Assembly (NCBI GenBank): GCA_028023455.1
Contig: JAQFVV010000011.1
Coordinates: 5,456,001-5,520,000 of the forward strand
Direction of reading: 5' to 3'
Origin: Epiperipatus broadwayi
Lineage: Eukaryota; Animalia; Onychophora
Length of the DNA: 64,000 nt
Made by a program: the position numbers and the translations under genes. The notes beneath the pieces are model-generated. The model had not been told where the DNA came from. It did not search any database and worked only from the letters and a program-made list of their open reading frames with translations. Shown here in pieces: positions 62,201-64,000 of this stretch. The stretch's first letter is position 1. Every line of letters starts with the position of its first letter.

Positions 62201-62511
62201 ATGAGGCTACACCAGTATTTCTTTAATTCACATGCCGACAGTAGCACATCGGTGAAACATGAGACTATGATGTAAATTGGCATAACTAAAGTATAGCTAT
62301 ATAGGTGTGGTTCAACTAACAGACGTCATTAAATTTAAACTGTGACTCATAAATGTTCTAACAATAACTAATTACTAGTTAATAATTAACTAATGAATTA
62401 TGAGCAAAATTTAGACACTAAGCAGAGTTATATTTTAAACAAATTTAATAAACGCCAAAATTTAAGTAATAAAGTAAAATAAAATAAAACAATTGAATGA
62501 CACAAATTTGT

Positions 62512-62758
62512 TTCACTCACAGGTGATGATGATAGAATAAGTTACAGGCTGTTTTAAGTTACTTATTTAGTATTGCATCTCACTCGCAGGTGATGATGAT
62601 TTATAAAGTTACATTTTGTTTAAATTTACAGATTTAAGATTTGATCTCACTCGCAGATGATGATGATTTATAAAGTTACATTTTGTTTAATTTACACACT
62701 TATTATTTTCTCTCACTCTCAAGTGATGATGATTTATAATTTACCAAGTTACATTTTT
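62512..62758. repeat. Minisatellite, ~4 x 66 bp, inside family-X copy d
   Basis: Unit TCTCACTCGCAGGTGATGATGATTTATAAAGTTACA..; copy b has the motif only once. Confidence 0.85.
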
Positions 62759-63375
62759 ATGAGCTCTATTATTACAGCAATACAGATTTATTCCAAGTTT
62801 AGCTCATGATTATCTATACCCTATTTATGCTATGTTTTGTGGCTTAGATTTGCTTTAGTTAATCTGCAGAAGTGATCATCATTAATCATAATTAATATTT
62901 TTATTTGATTGGTACACAATTCTCTATATAGATTATAAGCTTACAAAACTAGATTCTGTTTCAGATCAAAGCTGAAATATAAATTATTATGGAGGGATGA
63001 ACTGATGGTGGGTAGTAAGATTTCAGATACTAAAGCATATATAACATATACAATTTGAATCTGTGCATCTCTAATGCATTGTTGCTCACAGGATGTTACC
63101 ATGTAACCGGTGTCTTTTTTACCATACCCATTGTTGTGAAAGAGACCTTTTTAGTCTGGGTGATCGAACAGCGTATCAAGATATCTGTATGCTTCTGATC
63201 CAGTCCTAAGCGGAGGTAATGGGATGACCCTTAAACTCAAAACCCATTGTGAAAAGAGAGCTGTCCAAACTAAATAGATGGGGTAGTCATTAAAACCAGA
63301 AGCCCATTCAAGAGATAATATACAGCAATAAGTAAATGCGTGCATGCACTTCATAAGAACACATTTGCCACACTG

Positions 63376-63634
63376 ACTACATCATTATATATAAAATTGA
63401 GACACAAAATATTAGTTTCCTTCTATAGAACCACAGTAAATCAGTTCATAAATTAGCATTTATAATTATGCTATTAAAGAAATATAATGAATTTATTATC
63501 TAACTACATCATTATATATAAAATTGAGACACAAAATATTAGTTTTCTTCTATAGAACCACAGTAAATCAGTTCATAAATTAGCATTTATAATTATGCTA
63601 TTAAAGAAATATAATGAATCTAATTTATTATCTA
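63376..63634. repeat. Near-perfect tandem duplication, 2 x 127 bp
   Basis: ACTACATCATTATATATAAAATTGAGAC starts at 63376 and 63503. Confidence 0.9.
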
Positions 63635-64000
63635 TATAGGCATTTATATATATATAAGGAGGGCTACAGCATATTTTGGGATAATTATAAGATTAAATTC
63701 TAACTCTATGCTACATTTAGCCACTTCAGCTAAATATTACCCTCATTTTTCATTTAACACAAACCTATTTTTAATCATTTATAATCGCTTAATTATACAC
63801 CTAAACCAAGCTTTATTTTACTCGTTTCAGAAGGGAGTTTTATTTGTGTGCTAATAACGCAAAATTCTCTACGTGTGAGAACCTCTAATCATTTCTCTCT
63901 AGTTAACTTAAATGTGAGTAAATTCCGTTCTGAATCAACATAGCTTAAACATATAAACAAATAATTGAAAATAATATTGGCATAGACTTAACTAAAAAAA

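Larger units (their letters stand above)
62046..64000 (+). mobile_element. Family-X copy d (probably continues beyond the window)
   Basis: Starts TGTAACGGTCATATTTG; colinear with the reverse complement of 39013-37740. Confidence 0.6.

Noticed and set aside
62250-62285. GCCGA..TCGGT-GAAACATG as a hammerhead half
   Set aside because: No CUGANGA upstream; part of a family-X conserved block.
62512-62758. CRISPR-like array
   Set aside because: Whole units are similar to each other, there are no unique spacers or cas genes, and the context is eukaryotic.

Overview
Very AT-rich, CpG-depleted metazoan-type (probably invertebrate) DNA that looks intergenic or intronic. No host protein-coding gene can be supported with confidence. 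The window is a transposon graveyard: Merlin/ISXO2, hAT (SPIN/Buster/ZMYM-like) and Tc1/mariner relics, RTE and L1/Tx1-like LINE fragments, two tRNA-derived relics, and four copies of a ~2.5 kb TG..CA-bounded non-coding element. The standout signal is a set of ~410-470 bp non-coding, tandem-prone repeats (families A, B, C) whose monomers carry type I hammerhead ribozyme motifs with a short palindromic stem III; the best copy is at 32996-33050. This fits non-LTR retrozymes or non-autonomous Penelope-like elements. These repeats and four unrelated palindromes share one insertion architecture, seen 8 times: a 7-14 bp target-site duplication (TSD), an inverted arm, and a direct arm that usually overshoots it by a 29-56 nt tail. 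The element classes are known; whether these particular families are undescribed needs database searches that I could not run. All alignments and translations were done by eye.
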